A stretch of 64,000 nt of DNA from Candidatus Latescibacterota bacterium (GCA_965208105.1 OZ242318.1:1984001-2048000), one strand, 5' to 3'; positions 38,501 to 48,311 are shown, counted from the first letter of the stretch. Notes: generated from the sequence alone by a model not told the origin. A program made the numbers and translations.

Positions 38501-39388
38501 CTATTTGCGCGGAAGGATCCAGGTCTCGTACGCCAGATGCCAATCCTCCAGATGATTGAGAAGGACTCCACTCTTGATCGATCGATCACAACCTGTAAGC
38601 CTGTGGATTTCTGCCTGTCGTGTCTCGGGATGCTCACGATTCAGTAAGTTGCGTTGAAACCAATCGAGTCGCGTGCGGTCTATTTCGCCTATTTGAGTGG
38701 TCACCCAGCTTTCAAACGCCATGTAGGTCGGTTGGTTCTCCGTGACGAAGGAGATCATCGCATCACGGTCGAGGCCAAGAACGTCCAATACGTGCTGATC
38801 CAATCCCCTGCCACATGCCGGGTAATCAGTGCGGAGCAATCCCCTGGACTTCAGGAGAACTTTGTGCCAGGTACGGGCAAGTTGCAGGACATCGAGGGGA
38901 CCTACGTCGATACTGCTGACCAAAGGAGGAATTCCAGCAGGAATCTGACCTTTGACAAAGTCATTGGCGTGAAATAGATGCCAGTCCTGAAGCGTATTCA
39001 GCAACAAAACAGATGTATAAGTATCTGCTTCGGGATCGAATCCAATATCTTCATAGGTCTCCGTAATTTTGTGTGGCCGAATGTGGCGCCGATATTTGAC
39101 GATTTCATTGAATCTCGCGATCTGAGCTGTGGGCAATTGACCGATTTTTCTAGTGATGATCCACCGTTCGAACGAAACATAGTCGGGTAGTTCTGATCGG
39201 AGATAGTCGTATATCTCGTCGACATCCAAATTCATCGCCTGGAGACAAAAGGTGTCCAGGCCACCACTATTGTCCGGGTAACCGGGATCAAGAAGATCAA
39301 CAGCCCGTGTCACCGCCTTCCACCACGTTCGAGGCAGCTGGCAAACGCCAATGCTGCCCCTGCAGATACTACTGATCAGGGGGACCAT
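38501..39388 (-). CDS. Protein with two tandem DUF5069-like domains
   Basis: VPLISS..G.IGVCQLPRTWWK..YP and PPLVSS..GPLDVLQLARTWHK..DYP; both end LLNxLxDWH. Confidence 0.65.
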   Translation of the reverse strand: MVPLISSICRGSIGVCQLPRTWWKAVTRAVDLLDPGYPDNSGGLDTFCLQAMNLDVDEIYDYLRSELPDYVSFERWIITRKIGQLPTAQIARFNEIVKYRRHIRPHKITETYEDIGFDPEADTYTSVLLLNTLQDWHLFHANDFVKGQIPAGIPPLVSSIDVGPLDVLQLARTWHKVLLKSRGLLRTDYPACGRGLDQHVLDVLGLDRDAMISFVTENQPTYMAFESWVTTQIGEIDRTRLDWFQRNLLNREHPETRQAEIHRLTGCDRSIKSGVLLNHLEDWHLAYETWILPRK

Positions 39389-39444
39389 AGTAGATTCGTC
39401 CGGTCTGAAGCCTTTTGATAATCAACGGGCCTATCACGCATTTC

Positions 39445-39526
39445 CCATAACTTTCTCGCCGTGCCCCTTCCGCGAAGCGGTTGCGCGAAGGGCGATGTCC
39501 CGAAGCCTGGCACGAAGGTGTTACGC
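39445..39526 (-). repeat. attC site
   Basis: TAAC..CGTGCC..CCGCGAAGCGG..GGCACG..GTTA. Confidence 0.82.
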
Positions 39527-39611
39527 GATGGCGTGCCTGATACGTGCTTGCCGGGACGGCAAGTACGCTCGCTCACCTGAGTCACTGTAACTTTCCGCTC
39601 ACTGCACAAGA

Positions 39612-40427
39612 TTACGTCTTGTCGCCGTTCAGAGAGACTGAATGCTCCTTGACGATCATCCTATCTGCAAGAAGGGTGACAAAGTTGAAGCAAGGCGGAT
39701 GCTCTTCGTCAAAGTTCACTTCCTGTTCATGGGGCCAATAGTTGAGTTGGCAAAAGGTGCTGCCTACACTGATATAGGCAATGCCATCCTTGTGGATATG
39801 GGTCCCCCGATGAACATGACCGAAGAAAACGCCTCGGAGACGCTCTCTTGCCGGCAACAGTGCTTCATGTAAATCAGTGCCATTAAGCATGCCCACGTCT
39901 CTTGAATACCACTTGGAATCCAAATCGAGGGGCGAGTGATGAATAAAAACAGTCAATGAGCCGTTCTGCCGGCTAACCTCCGCTCGAACAAAATCAAGCT
40001 GGTCTTCTGTTACTTTACCAAAGTGGCCGACCTCTTCATATGGCTGCTGGGCATCCAGCACCAGAAACCGTTCGCCCTGATACGAGAATCGATAGCAGTT
40101 CAGGTCCGAATTGGATAGAACATCCTCTTTAGGACCCATTGTCAGATGCTTGCGCATATAATCACGCGTGTCATGATTGCCTGTTACAAAGTAGGTCGGG
40201 ATGTTGATTTGAGAAAATGCTTCCGCCGCCAGTTCGTAAGCGACCTCAGTATTATGATTCGCTACGTCCCCTGTATGAATCACAAATTGGGGGCGTGTCG
40301 GCAGGCTATTTATGGCTTCAAGGACCCGCAATAGATTACGGAATGGATTGTTGCCTAGCGCGATCCAATCTCTCAAATGTCCTAAGTGTGTGTCACTGAT
40401 ATGGACGAAATGCAGGGAATCTGCCAT
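39612..40427 (-). CDS. Metallophosphoesterase, CpdA/Icc-like
   Basis: SDTH, TGD, GNHD, HH, GHVH; ATG 40427 after GGAGGAGG. Confidence 0.88.
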   Translation of the reverse strand: MADSLHFVHISDTHLGHLRDWIALGNNPFRNLLRVLEAINSLPTRPQFVIHTGDVANHNTEVAYELAAEAFSQINIPTYFVTGNHDTRDYMRKHLTMGPKEDVLSNSDLNCYRFSYQGERFLVLDAQQPYEEVGHFGKVTEDQLDFVRAEVSRQNGSLTVFIHHSPLDLDSKWYSRDVGMLNGTDLHEALLPARERLRGVFFGHVHRGTHIHKDGIAYISVGSTFCQLNYWPHEQEVNFDEEHPPCFNFVTLLADRMIVKEHSVSLNGDKT

Positions 40428-40522
40428 GTTTTCCTCCTCCACCAGGAGATGGGTCCAATGACTTATACAAGGGGTCCGAGGCCCATGGATGGGCCGCGCC
40501 AGCTGTTCAAGGGCACACTTGC

Positions 40523-40616
40523 GGGTAACGTTCTCGCCACTTGCGAATCCGCGTAGCGGGTTGCCCTCAGGCCGAAGGGAGCGAATGCAACCGAAGCGCA
40601 AGTGGACGTGATATAG
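40523..40616 (-). repeat. attC site
   Basis: TAAC..CCACTTGCG..CGCAAGTGG ACGTGATA; stem sequence covaries relative to other sites. Confidence 0.8.
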
Positions 40617-40666
40617 GAAGTGCCAGCCGGAGTGGTAGGGTGACGCCCTGCCACAGACGACTGGAT

Positions 40667-41083
40667 CTAATGATCCTGGCCTGCGTAGATCCACATCGGT
40701 TCCGTTTTGCCTGCCCTGGCGAACCCGCACTTCTTGTAGAAGTCGATTGCCCTGCCATCTGCAACAAGCATATGTTGATGAAAGCCCTCATAATTTGACA
40801 TCAGCCTCTTCATCAATTCCGATCCTACTCCTTGCCCCTGATATTCGGGATGAACCAGCAAGTGTGGATAGTACACAACGAGATGGCCGTCAGAGATGGC
40901 GTTGCCCAATCCTATCAGACGGTCTCCGTCCCAAGCAGTCAGCAAGGAATGTGAGTTCAGTAACGCATTACGAAGTTCGGTCGGCTTTCTTGCTGAAGAC
41001 CAATCATTAGCCGAATAGAGTCCCAGTATGGCATCAAGTGGAATATCCCGTGTTTCTCTGTATCTAATCGAGGAGCCACTCAT
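40667..41083 (-). CDS. GNAT acetyltransferase
   Basis: LLVHPEYQGQGVG, FYKKCGF. Confidence 0.88.
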   Translation of the reverse strand: MSGSSIRYRETRDIPLDAILGLYSANDWSSARKPTELRNALLNSHSLLTAWDGDRLIGLGNAISDGHLVVYYPHLLVHPEYQGQGVGSELMKRLMSNYEGFHQHMLVADGRAIDFYKKCGFARAGKTEPMWIYAGQDH

Positions 41084-41183
41084 ACTTACCACCTGTTCTG
41101 CGATTACTTTCTAGGGAAAGCCGTTCTGCTCGCCCAAAAGGCGTTTCCACCACCTGCCCATGGGGGCTTTAGGTTGGTATTAC

Positions 41184-41265
41184 CTATATCGCTTTCACCG
41201 TGCCCGAACCGCGTAGTGGTTGCGCGAAGGGCGTTAGCTCGAAGCCGGGCACGGACGTGTTAGAC
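41184..41265 (-). repeat. attC site (core TATC)
   Basis: CCGTGCCCG..CGGGCACGG ACGTGTTA. Confidence 0.82.
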
Positions 41266-41286
41266 GTTCGTGCCGCTTCATTCGCA

Positions 41287-41835
41287 TTATTGGCTGGCGA
41301 TGTAGTCACGTAGCTTCTCGATCGCCGGCGGGTCTACATCTCGAAGTGGTGCGCCAGCTCGGTGCTTGTGAAAATTGACTTTCTCGTCCAGTTGCGCTTC
41401 AGCGCTTAGGATCGGGCAAGTAAGAGCGCCCAATTGGCCATCTGGAGCAGAGAAAGCTCCTTGTGGATATGGCCAATCGGTCCATCGGCCAGAGGTCACA
41501 ACTTCGCCCGATCCGGTCCTTTCGAGAAGCCCAAAACTGACAAACTGATCAAGTTTGTAGAATCCAATGTGTTCTTCCGGATGACGTAGCACTTGGGGAA
41601 CATATCCAAGTGCTGTAAGACAGGTGGTTACTGTGGAGACATCTGCCTTCCAAATCGCCCAATCTATGTCGCTGTGGACGCGCAAGACTTCGCCTAACAA
41701 GAAGTCCACAGCCCAACCCCCACCCAACCAGTGCTGAGCAGAGCAAGCAGTCAATGCCTCGTGGATCTCTCTAATCAAGCCAAGCTGGGTGGGGTTCGGC
41801 TCTTCCATACACCCACGGATTCCAGTCTCAGACAT
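41287..41835 (-). CDS. Nucleotidyltransferase, ANT(2'')/Lnu-like
   Basis: WLGGGWAVDFLLGEVLRVHSDID motif. Confidence 0.8.
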   Translation of the reverse strand: MSETGIRGCMEEPNPTQLGLIREIHEALTACSAQHWLGGGWAVDFLLGEVLRVHSDIDWAIWKADVSTVTTCLTALGYVPQVLRHPEEHIGFYKLDQFVSFGLLERTGSGEVVTSGRWTDWPYPQGAFSAPDGQLGALTCPILSAEAQLDEKVNFHKHRAGAPLRDVDPPAIEKLRDYIASQ

Positions 41836-41884
41836 AGGTTCAACTCAGGAAAGAACAATTACCAACACTCTGAAGCGGCATGAC

Positions 41885-41970
41885 GGCTAACTGCCTGTAT
41901 TCGAACCCACGAAGTGGGTTGCCGAGGGCCAAGGCGCGTAGCGCCGCAGCGCAACACCGTGCTGTCAGCC
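41885..41970 (-). repeat. attC site
   Basis: TAAC..AACCCACGAAGTGGGTT..GGCGCGTAGCGCC..GTCA. Confidence 0.78.
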
Positions 41971-41979
41971 GTTGGCGGG

Positions 41980-42750
41980 TCAATCCTGTGCCTTTCGATA
42001 GTAGTCGATCGGACCTCTGAACTCGAACGTTGCCTCTTTTAACGGAAAGTATGCGGGAACTTCACTATCTAACCATGCAGAAACCGATTCGAGGGACTCT
42101 TTTCCTTCCTCCACCGCGGCAATCACGTTCGTTTGGCTCAGGAGGTACTCGATGAGATGTGAGGATGTAAACGTGACATCGTTCTCGTACTTCTCGGAGC
42201 CCAACAAGAGAAATCCCTCCTCTTGGGCTTCTTCTTCCGTGAACTGAGTCATGTTCCGTGGCGGAGATGGATACCTCTTGAGATGAGTACCGTGAATCCA
42301 GTCGTGGAATTTCGGATTTTCCTTCATGTTGCCGGTGAACGTGTTGTTGTAGATGACCATGGGCGACGATTGCCGTAAAACCCGTCGTGCTTCTGCCAAG
42401 AAGGGTGGTCGATCGAACCAATGGAATGCGCAGGCCGCGGTAATGAGATCGACACAGTCTCCGTCGATCGGAATGTCGTCGGCGGACGCCACGTGATAGA
42501 TTATCTTTTCATCCAGTTCTGCGAGAGCTATCATCTCTGGGGATCGATCAATTGCGACGATTTTGGTGGCGACTTCTCGCAGTGCGATGCTCGACTGACC
42601 AGTGCCGCAAGCTACATCCAAGGCTGTGCCGACCGGTCTATCGATGCCCAGGAATGCCTTGATGCGGCTGATTACGACTGGATGGAAATAGGGCCGGGCA
42701 TCCCTGTATCTTTTGGCTGCGCTTTTATGATCGAAGTAACCGGGACTCAA
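41980..42750 (-). CDS. Class I SAM methyltransferase
   Basis: YRDARPYFH, ALDVACGTG, AFHWFD. Confidence 0.87.
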   Translation of the reverse strand: MSPGYFDHKSAAKRYRDARPYFHPVVISRIKAFLGIDRPVGTALDVACGTGQSSIALREVATKIVAIDRSPEMIALAELDEKIIYHVASADDIPIDGDCVDLITAACAFHWFDRPPFLAEARRVLRQSSPMVIYNNTFTGNMKENPKFHDWIHGTHLKRYPSPPRNMTQFTEEEAQEEGFLLLGSEKYENDVTFTSSHLIEYLLSQTNVIAAVEEGKESLESVSAWLDSEVPAYFPLKEATFEFRGPIDYYRKAQD

Positions 42751-42778
42751 CTGAAACCTCCAATACGAACCCGCTTAC

Positions 42779-42864
42779 GGCTAACGGCTGGCCATTCACG
42801 AAGCCGCGTAGCGGCTTTCAGCGAAGGGGCGTATGCCCCGAAGCCGTGAATGGGCTTGTTAGGT
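42779..42864 (-). repeat. attC site
   Basis: TAAC..CCATTCACG AAGCCGCGTAGCGGCTT..GGGGCGTATGCCCC..CGTGAATGG..GTTA. Confidence 0.85.
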
Positions 42865-43560
42865 GTCGTCGCAACGTTCTATCATGGCCCTACAGTGGCC
42901 CTCAAGATGGCGAAGATCGTCCTGATCCAGACTGCAATCGCTGCTGCAGACATACGAATCAAGATCCATTTGAATCAGTTGATGAAAACGGGCATCCAAT
43001 ACTCTCAAGCCCCATTCGCCGGCCTCTATCTTAGTGCAGAGATGACATTCCACCAGGGTAAATGCAACTCGGCAAAACATCAACGCAGGATTCTTGAATT
43101 TGGTTCGTATCTGCGGAACTACGTGCCGAATGCACTGCCGCAGTAAAGGCCACGGAACGCGTTTCAGAATCCTGTTGTGAGGTGTACCGAGAAGATCCCT
43201 CCCTGATTCAAAAATATCTTGCCTGAATAAAAGAAAATCTTTGCTACCATCAGGCTTGAGGATAATTGTATTGTTCATCTTGAGAAGGAAATCAACAGGA
43301 GTGGGGAAAACGTCGGCATTGATATGGTCTATCGTTGCTGCTGTTATGTCGTAAGACAGAGACTGTGATTTTACGAGTTCCAGGAGATGTACCCTTTTCT
43401 CCGACGGAGTGAGACGCTTCGTGGCAAGAAGAAGGTCAACATCACTCGTCTCAGGGTTGCCAAATTCCCGAGCGCGTGAGCCACCCATCCAAACCGATTC
43501 CAGTTCTCCTTCGTAAATCTCACCGAGTCCCTCCACAAAGCCATCTATTGCACTTCTCAT
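42859..43560 (-). CDS. Aminoglycoside adenylyltransferase-like (AadA/DUF4111-type) nucleotidyltransferase
   Basis: GGSRA..SDVDLL; C-term LMFCRV..TKIEAGEWGL; stop lies inside the attC core. Confidence 0.7.
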   Translation of the reverse strand: MRSAIDGFVEGLGEIYEGELESVWMGGSRAREFGNPETSDVDLLLATKRLTPSEKRVHLLELVKSQSLSYDITAATIDHINADVFPTPVDFLLKMNNTIILKPDGSKDFLLFRQDIFESGRDLLGTPHNRILKRVPWPLLRQCIRHVVPQIRTKFKNPALMFCRVAFTLVECHLCTKIEAGEWGLRVLDARFHQLIQMDLDSYVCSSDCSLDQDDLRHLEGHCRAMIERCDDT

Positions 43561-43674
43561 AGCAAGAAATTCCGGGGAGAAATAAATCGGGCTCCTGTCC
43601 GACCTCTATCTAACATCGAGGAAGCATATCCTGGAGTGATGTCAATAAGGCCAGCTTCACTCATATGCGATGAC

Positions 43675-43753
43675 ACCAAACGTTCAGTGGCTCACGAACC
43701 CGCGATATCGGGTTTGTGCGGAGCGAAGCGGAGCCGTGAGCCACATGTTATGC
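43675..43753 (-). repeat. attC site (core AAAC)
   Basis: GTGGCTCACG..CGTGAGCCAC ATGTTA. Confidence 0.82.
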
Positions 43754-43798
43754 GCATGTGAGGTTATCTGGACCCGCCAAACACGAGGGGGACGAAGC

Positions 43799-44578
43799 TT
43801 AGCATCCGTCTTTTTGAAGCACAATCTGCCGGAAGCCCCATTCTATCTGAGTGGTTCCCCCGCCCTCAGAGACAATTGCTTCCAACTCACGTTCCAGCGC
43901 TCCAATTTCTTGCTCCCCATAGTTCGCTTGAATGAAAGGCTCATTCTTCCACGACTGGATGTTCAAGGTAAACATAGTCGCTGCCTGGAAGTTGGACACG
44001 CCTATACGTGCGACGTTACTTGTGGCCTTGTCCAAGCCGTCGGGAATGTCCATCTTTTCCAGCGTAGGTCCGACACAAAGTTGGGTAGATTGGTCGGCCA
44101 AAAGAGCCTCCACAATACCGACATACTTGGAGAAAACGTGGTGACTGGTTTCAATCCATTCAACTTCTTCCAACAGCAAGAGCCCATTGTGTACCATCTG
44201 GCTGGCCCAATTTCGGATTACTTTTCTCGGCTCTCTAAAATGCGTCAGCAAGAGCCGGCAGAATAGGAAATTGGCAGCCCCGACGGGAAATGGAACCACA
44301 GTTATATCGTGCAGTTGAAACGATACCCTATCGGTCTCTCCCTCTTTGGCGAGGGAGATGAAGCGGTCTGAATTGTCAAGGCCAACGATCTTATCCGCGT
44401 GCGTCGCTTCTGCGAGCATATGTGTCGAGTATCCGGGACCGCATCCCAAATCTAAGGCTAGCTGAGGACGGTTTCTGAGAGATCTCAGGATGAATTCTCG
44501 GGACGAGGCTGCGTATACTTCGGCCAGATACTTAAGGCGCCTAGCAGCCAGATCCGTGTCCGTGAATTGGTATTTCAC
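43799..44578 (-). CDS. Class I SAM methyltransferase (Tam-like)
   Basis: ALDLGCGPG, CRLLLTH. Confidence 0.85.
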   Translation of the reverse strand: MKYQFTDTDLAARRLKYLAEVYAASSREFILRSLRNRPQLALDLGCGPGYSTHMLAEATHADKIVGLDNSDRFISLAKEGETDRVSFQLHDITVVPFPVGAANFLFCRLLLTHFREPRKVIRNWASQMVHNGLLLLEEVEWIETSHHVFSKYVGIVEALLADQSTQLCVGPTLEKMDIPDGLDKATSNVARIGVSNFQAATMFTLNIQSWKNEPFIQANYGEQEIGALERELEAIVSEGGGTTQIEWGFRQIVLQKDGC

Positions 44579-44669
44579 TGTGCTTATGGTCTTTCTGAAC
44601 TCAATGTCCCAACTGTAATCCCTTCGTTCCCTCTCTCCTACCGCCCTATTTTCCCGATACCACCATTGC

Positions 44670-44752
44670 GCATAACGTTCTCGCCGTGCCCGAACCGCGA
44701 ATGCGGTTGCGTGAAGGGCGCATTCCCGAAGCCGGGCACGGACGTGTTATGC
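44670..44752 (-). repeat. attC site (consensus type)
   Basis: TAACGTTCTCG CCGTGCCCG AACCGCGAATGCGGTT..CGGGCACGG ACGT GTTA. Confidence 0.9.
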
Positions 44753-44781
44753 GGAGCTGGTGACGTCCAGCCTCGAGCTAC

Positions 44782-45690
44782 CTATGCAGGTGTGTAGTTG
44801 AAATAGCTATAGGTCAAGTCAACGACCTGAAATCCCGTATTGCTGTAAAGCAACTGAGCTCGATAGTTATCAAACCGGGTGTTTAGAATTGCGTTTTCGT
44901 ATCCGCACTTGTGTAGTTCATGCAGTGATCTTCTTAGGAGAAAAGCACCCACTCCTTTTGACCGGTCGGCTTTGGATACGTTTAGACTTGCAATGTAGGC
45001 ACACTTCTGAGCTGCTGGTGCATGAATCTGCATACCCGCCGAGAAGCATTGTATTTCGGCCACCGTCTTGCTATCTCGGCAAAGCTGGATATTCAGACTG
45101 GGCAGGTTGCTTTCTCCATTCGACGTCCTTACAAGTTCTTCCAATCTTGAAACGATTCCAGGGGGCTTCGGAACAGAGTCAGTCTCTACCAGACTGCGAT
45201 TCATGAAATACCACCCAGAGTACTTTTTATATCCGTTTGCACCGAATAGTCCGTGAACATGAGCCAATCGGTCAGACAAACTGGGCACGTCAAAGCGATA
45301 AAAAGAGTAGATCTTCGGAAAAAATGCCTGTATCCGGTCAAAACCCAATTCTCCGAAGTAATTTTCGGCGGCTTCGAGGATCAGCTGACCCAGTTTGCGA
45401 TGGCCGGGCTTGTAAGAAAGAAAACGAATCAATCCCGCGTCCGGGCTACCCTTTCTCTTTTCTTTTAGTCCTGCAAGGTGCGCGAAACCGACGATTCTGC
45501 TGTCTGTAAGCCCAACGATAAGCTTCTCAGAGTAGAGATCGTAGTCCGAAGCTTCTTTTTCCCAACTCCACACGTCACGTCTGAGTTCCTCACCCGTTAC
45601 CGGATAACAAAACGGTATACTAGCAACTTGCTGGTTGTAGGATTCAGCAAGCTGCGCAATGTCGTTGATGTGCCATAGCGATATTTCCAT
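44782..45690 (-). CDS. Tandem GNAT acetyltransferase
   Basis: DRSKGVGAFL, DNYRAQLLYSNTGF. Confidence 0.8.
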   Translation of the reverse strand: MEISLWHINDIAQLAESYNQQVASIPFCYPVTGEELRRDVWSWEKEASDYDLYSEKLIVGLTDSRIVGFAHLAGLKEKRKGSPDAGLIRFLSYKPGHRKLGQLILEAAENYFGELGFDRIQAFFPKIYSFYRFDVPSLSDRLAHVHGLFGANGYKKYSGWYFMNRSLVETDSVPKPPGIVSRLEELVRTSNGESNLPSLNIQLCRDSKTVAEIQCFSAGMQIHAPAAQKCAYIASLNVSKADRSKGVGAFLLRRSLHELHKCGYENAILNTRFDNYRAQLLYSNTGFQVVDLTYSYFNYTPA

Positions 45691-45797
45691 TAGGCCTTCA
45701 AATCCTAGCTTCCATCAAAAACCCAATGCCGAGTTTCGAGACCCGCCGAAAGTAGAAGCGATCTCTTGCCCAAACCGATCCTCAGGACGACAGTTTC

Positions 45798-45880
45798 GCA
45801 TAACGATTTCGCCGTGCCCGAACCGCGAAGCGGTTGCGCGAGGCGGCCTGGCGCCGAAGCCGGGCACGGACGTGTTATGG
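45798..45880 (-). repeat. attC site
   Basis: Consensus type with GCGAAGC hairpin. Confidence 0.9.
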
Positions 45881-46279
45881 GCCTGTGCCTCGCTTGATTG
45901 CCCGCGCACATCGCCGCTCTACAGAAAAGCGAATTCCGTCGTATTCGCTCTTTGGCCGATAGCCTCCAAGGGAATCTGCCTCCTCGAGGCAACGCAAAGC
46001 CTTCTTCGGTTCGCCCGTTTTGGAAAGTGGACTCGCAAGCCAAGTCCATGCCCGTGCTGCCTTTGCAGTTGGCAAACCAAGCTCAAGTGCTTTCCTGTAA
46101 GCCGGTATCGCATCGACCTCCTATCCCCGATTGTCCCTCGTTACAGCGAGCCAATACCAGGCATCCGACGAATCCGGTTCGGCAGCGACTGCGGATTCGA
46201 ATTGATCAATCGCAGCTTTCCACCGACGAGCATCTCGAAGCCTAAGTCCCTCTTTCAGAGGGAGTGCCGCCGACCCCAT
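45875..46279 (-). pseudogene. TPR protein interrupted by one in-frame TAG (46121-46123)
   Basis: MGSAALPLKEGLRLRD..AIDQFESAVAAEPDSSDAWYWLAVTRDNRG*EVDAIPAYRKALELG..AWTWLAS. Confidence 0.72.
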
Positions 46280-46337
46280 TGAAGGCCCCTTTCTTTACCA
46301 AGTCCCCGATAGCTCGCCAACTCAATAGAAGCATGGC

Positions 46338-46407
46338 CTATAACGCTTTCCGGTTGCCGAAGGCCAAGGCGCCCGAGGGCGCCGCAGCGGCAACCGCGCT
46401 GTTATCG
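46338..46407 (-). repeat. attC site, short single-hairpin form
   Basis: TAAC..CGGTTGCCG..GGCGCCCGAGGGCGCC..CGGCAACCG..GTTA. Confidence 0.87.
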
Positions 46408-46436
46408 GCTGTCGCGTCTGGGCTCCTTTTGGATAT

Positions 46437-47438
46437 TCAATGTGCGATACGATCGATCCAATCACCTACATGCTCGAGAGCAATCAATGATATACGCTCT
46501 CCAAGCTCTGCATACTCCGCTGGTGATCCCGTTTTCGCAAGTTGCAAGCGATGGTTTAGACCGGGCAAATCGGCGATCTGACAATTGACCCTCGTCTCTC
46601 GCAATATTCTGAGAAGGGCTTTCTTGTTCTGAGGTGGCAGGACTTGCCAGTCCTTTTCAGCGTACAAGGCGAGCAGCGGGCACCGAATCTTCTTGAGATC
46701 ACTGGATGGTGCATAGTCCGGAAGAAATCTGAACCAGGGAGACCGAAGCTCCGCAACGAACTCCTCATCTAAGGAACGTTCCACCTCGGAACGCAAGCCT
46801 GAAACTGCGTCGAGGATCTCAGCGTTGGTTTTGTTTTGCCGAACGCCGTTGACAACAAGAGCCAGGTAGCGTCGCTCATTTTCGAGCTGCCGGTCACTTG
46901 CCCCTTCATGCTTGAGATGCAACTCCTTTTGCAATTGCAGCGTCTCCTCGATTCCGACTACTGGATACGCCAGTAGGACTGCGAAGGAAACATCTTGCCT
47001 CCGTGCTGCAACCATAACCGCAACCAACGACCCCTCACTGTGACCAATTAACCCGACGCGATTTGGTCTAACGCGCTCGTCTTGACGAAGCAAATCAAAT
47101 CCTGCCGCCACATCGTTTGCAAGATCCCGTGTTGTTGCCTCTTCCAAATTACCTGACGACTTCCCAGTACCTCGCTTGTCGGCTCTCAGGACAGCCCAAC
47201 CACGACCTGCGAGATACTGGGATGTGGCAACGAGCATGGGTTCGTCTCGTGTTTGCGGACCGTCTCCGCCAATTAAGATGACTGCGGGATGGGGTCCATT
47301 TGATTTGGGAAGCTGAAGACTTGCGGACAGTTCAATACCGTCCGCAGGATTCATGAAGGACACTTCAAGGACGTTCGCGACAGCTTGGTCTCCCATGCTG
47401 CCCACTGCGAACGCTACCAAGATTCCCATCACACTCAA
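46437..47438 (-). CDS. Alpha/beta hydrolase (peptidase S9/S15-like), probably exported
   Basis: DKRGTGKS, GHSEG, KDWQV, GLNH. Confidence 0.87.
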   Translation of the reverse strand: MSVMGILVAFAVGSMGDQAVANVLEVSFMNPADGIELSASLQLPKSNGPHPAVILIGGDGPQTRDEPMLVATSQYLAGRGWAVLRADKRGTGKSSGNLEEATTRDLANDVAAGFDLLRQDERVRPNRVGLIGHSEGSLVAVMVAARRQDVSFAVLLAYPVVGIEETLQLQKELHLKHEGASDRQLENERRYLALVVNGVRQNKTNAEILDAVSGLRSEVERSLDEEFVAELRSPWFRFLPDYAPSSDLKKIRCPLLALYAEKDWQVLPPQNKKALLRILRETRVNCQIADLPGLNHRLQLAKTGSPAEYAELGERISLIALEHVGDWIDRIAH

Positions 47439-47466
47439 AATACGGAACTCCGCATTACGCGATTGC

Positions 47467-47548
47467 CGATAACGTTTTCGTGCCCCCGAAACGCAAAGCG
47501 GTTGGGCGAAGGGCCGAACGGCCCGAAGCCGGAGACCCGGTGTTACCT
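47467..47548 (-). repeat. attC site
   Basis: TAACGTTTTCG..GGGCCGAACGGCCC..GTGTTA. Confidence 0.82.
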
Positions 47549-47584
47549 GGAGTTGTGGCCTGGGGGCGAGCGGTTGAAGGAGCC

Positions 47585-47899
47585 CTATACTTTAAGCCCT
47601 ATGTCACGTGGCTCAATCGCCTCTAGTTCTTCGGCCTCAGATCGGGTGGCATGATACAGATCCCAGCGAAGTTGGAGATTCAGCCAAAACGCGGGCGACA
47701 CATCGAAATATCTCGCTAGACGCAGGGCTGTGCTCGGAGTAATACCACGTCTACCGTTTACCAGTTCGTTGACCCTTTGATAGGGAACATGAATGGCGGC
47801 AGCCAATTCGCGCTGCGTTAAATTTAGAGGATTCAGAAATTCCTCCAATAGCATCTCACCCGGATGAGTCGGAACACGATCTGTTGGAATACGCACCAT
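47585..47899 (-). CDS. higA: HigA antitoxin (HTH)
   Basis: PTHPGEMLLEEFL..LTQRELA..ITPSTALRLARYF..FWLNLQ. Confidence 0.92.
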   Translation of the reverse strand: MVRIPTDRVPTHPGEMLLEEFLNPLNLTQRELAAAIHVPYQRVNELVNGRRGITPSTALRLARYFDVSPAFWLNLQLRWDLYHATRSEAEELEAIEPRDIGLKV

Positions 47900-48215
47900 G
47901 ATCGACACCTCTCGTTAGTCGTTCGTGATAGTCGACAATCTCGACATCCTTAGGACCAGCATCCGACCATACAAAGCAAATTCGGTATTGGTCATTGATC
48001 CGGAAACTGTGTTGTCCAGACCGCCTGCCCCGCAAGACCTCGAGATGATTACCAGGTGGACTGTGTAGATCGCGCAGCTCATCAGCCGAGTCCAGTTGTT
48101 CGAGCTTTCGTGCAGCTACAGTCCACAATTGCGATGGACAAGTGCCACGTGCGGCGCGTGTGTCCCGTCCATTGAAGATATCCTCTGCGCCGGCACGCCG
48201 AAACGATTGAATCAT
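47856..48215 (-). CDS. higB: HigB toxin (RelE family) with C-terminal extension
   Basis: MIQSFR..PPGNHLEVLRG..SFRINDQYRICFVW..VEIVDYH. Confidence 0.9.
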   Translation of the reverse strand: MIQSFRRAGAEDIFNGRDTRAARGTCPSQLWTVAARKLEQLDSADELRDLHSPPGNHLEVLRGRRSGQHSFRINDQYRICFVWSDAGPKDVEIVDYHERLTRGVDHGAYSNRSCSDSSG

Positions 48216-48221
48216 GATAGC

Positions 48222-48250
48222 ATAATAACACGGAATCCATGCTAGGTCAA
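48222..48250 (-). promoter_or_regulatory. higBA promoter with operator-like palindrome
   Basis: TTGACC-17 bp-TATTAT, 6 nt before the ATG; imperfect IR TAGCATGGA/TCCGTGTTA in the spacer. Confidence 0.65.
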
Positions 48251-48311
48251 TGTATCAGACTACATTCGCGGTTGGTGTTTTCAGATGACCATGCAGCCCG
48301 GCCACAATTTC

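Noticed and set aside
46121-46123. Amber readthrough (pyrrolysine or recoding) in the TPR cassette
   Set aside because: TAG terminates many normal genes here, and another cassette has an in-frame TAA; ordinary pseudogenisation is simpler.
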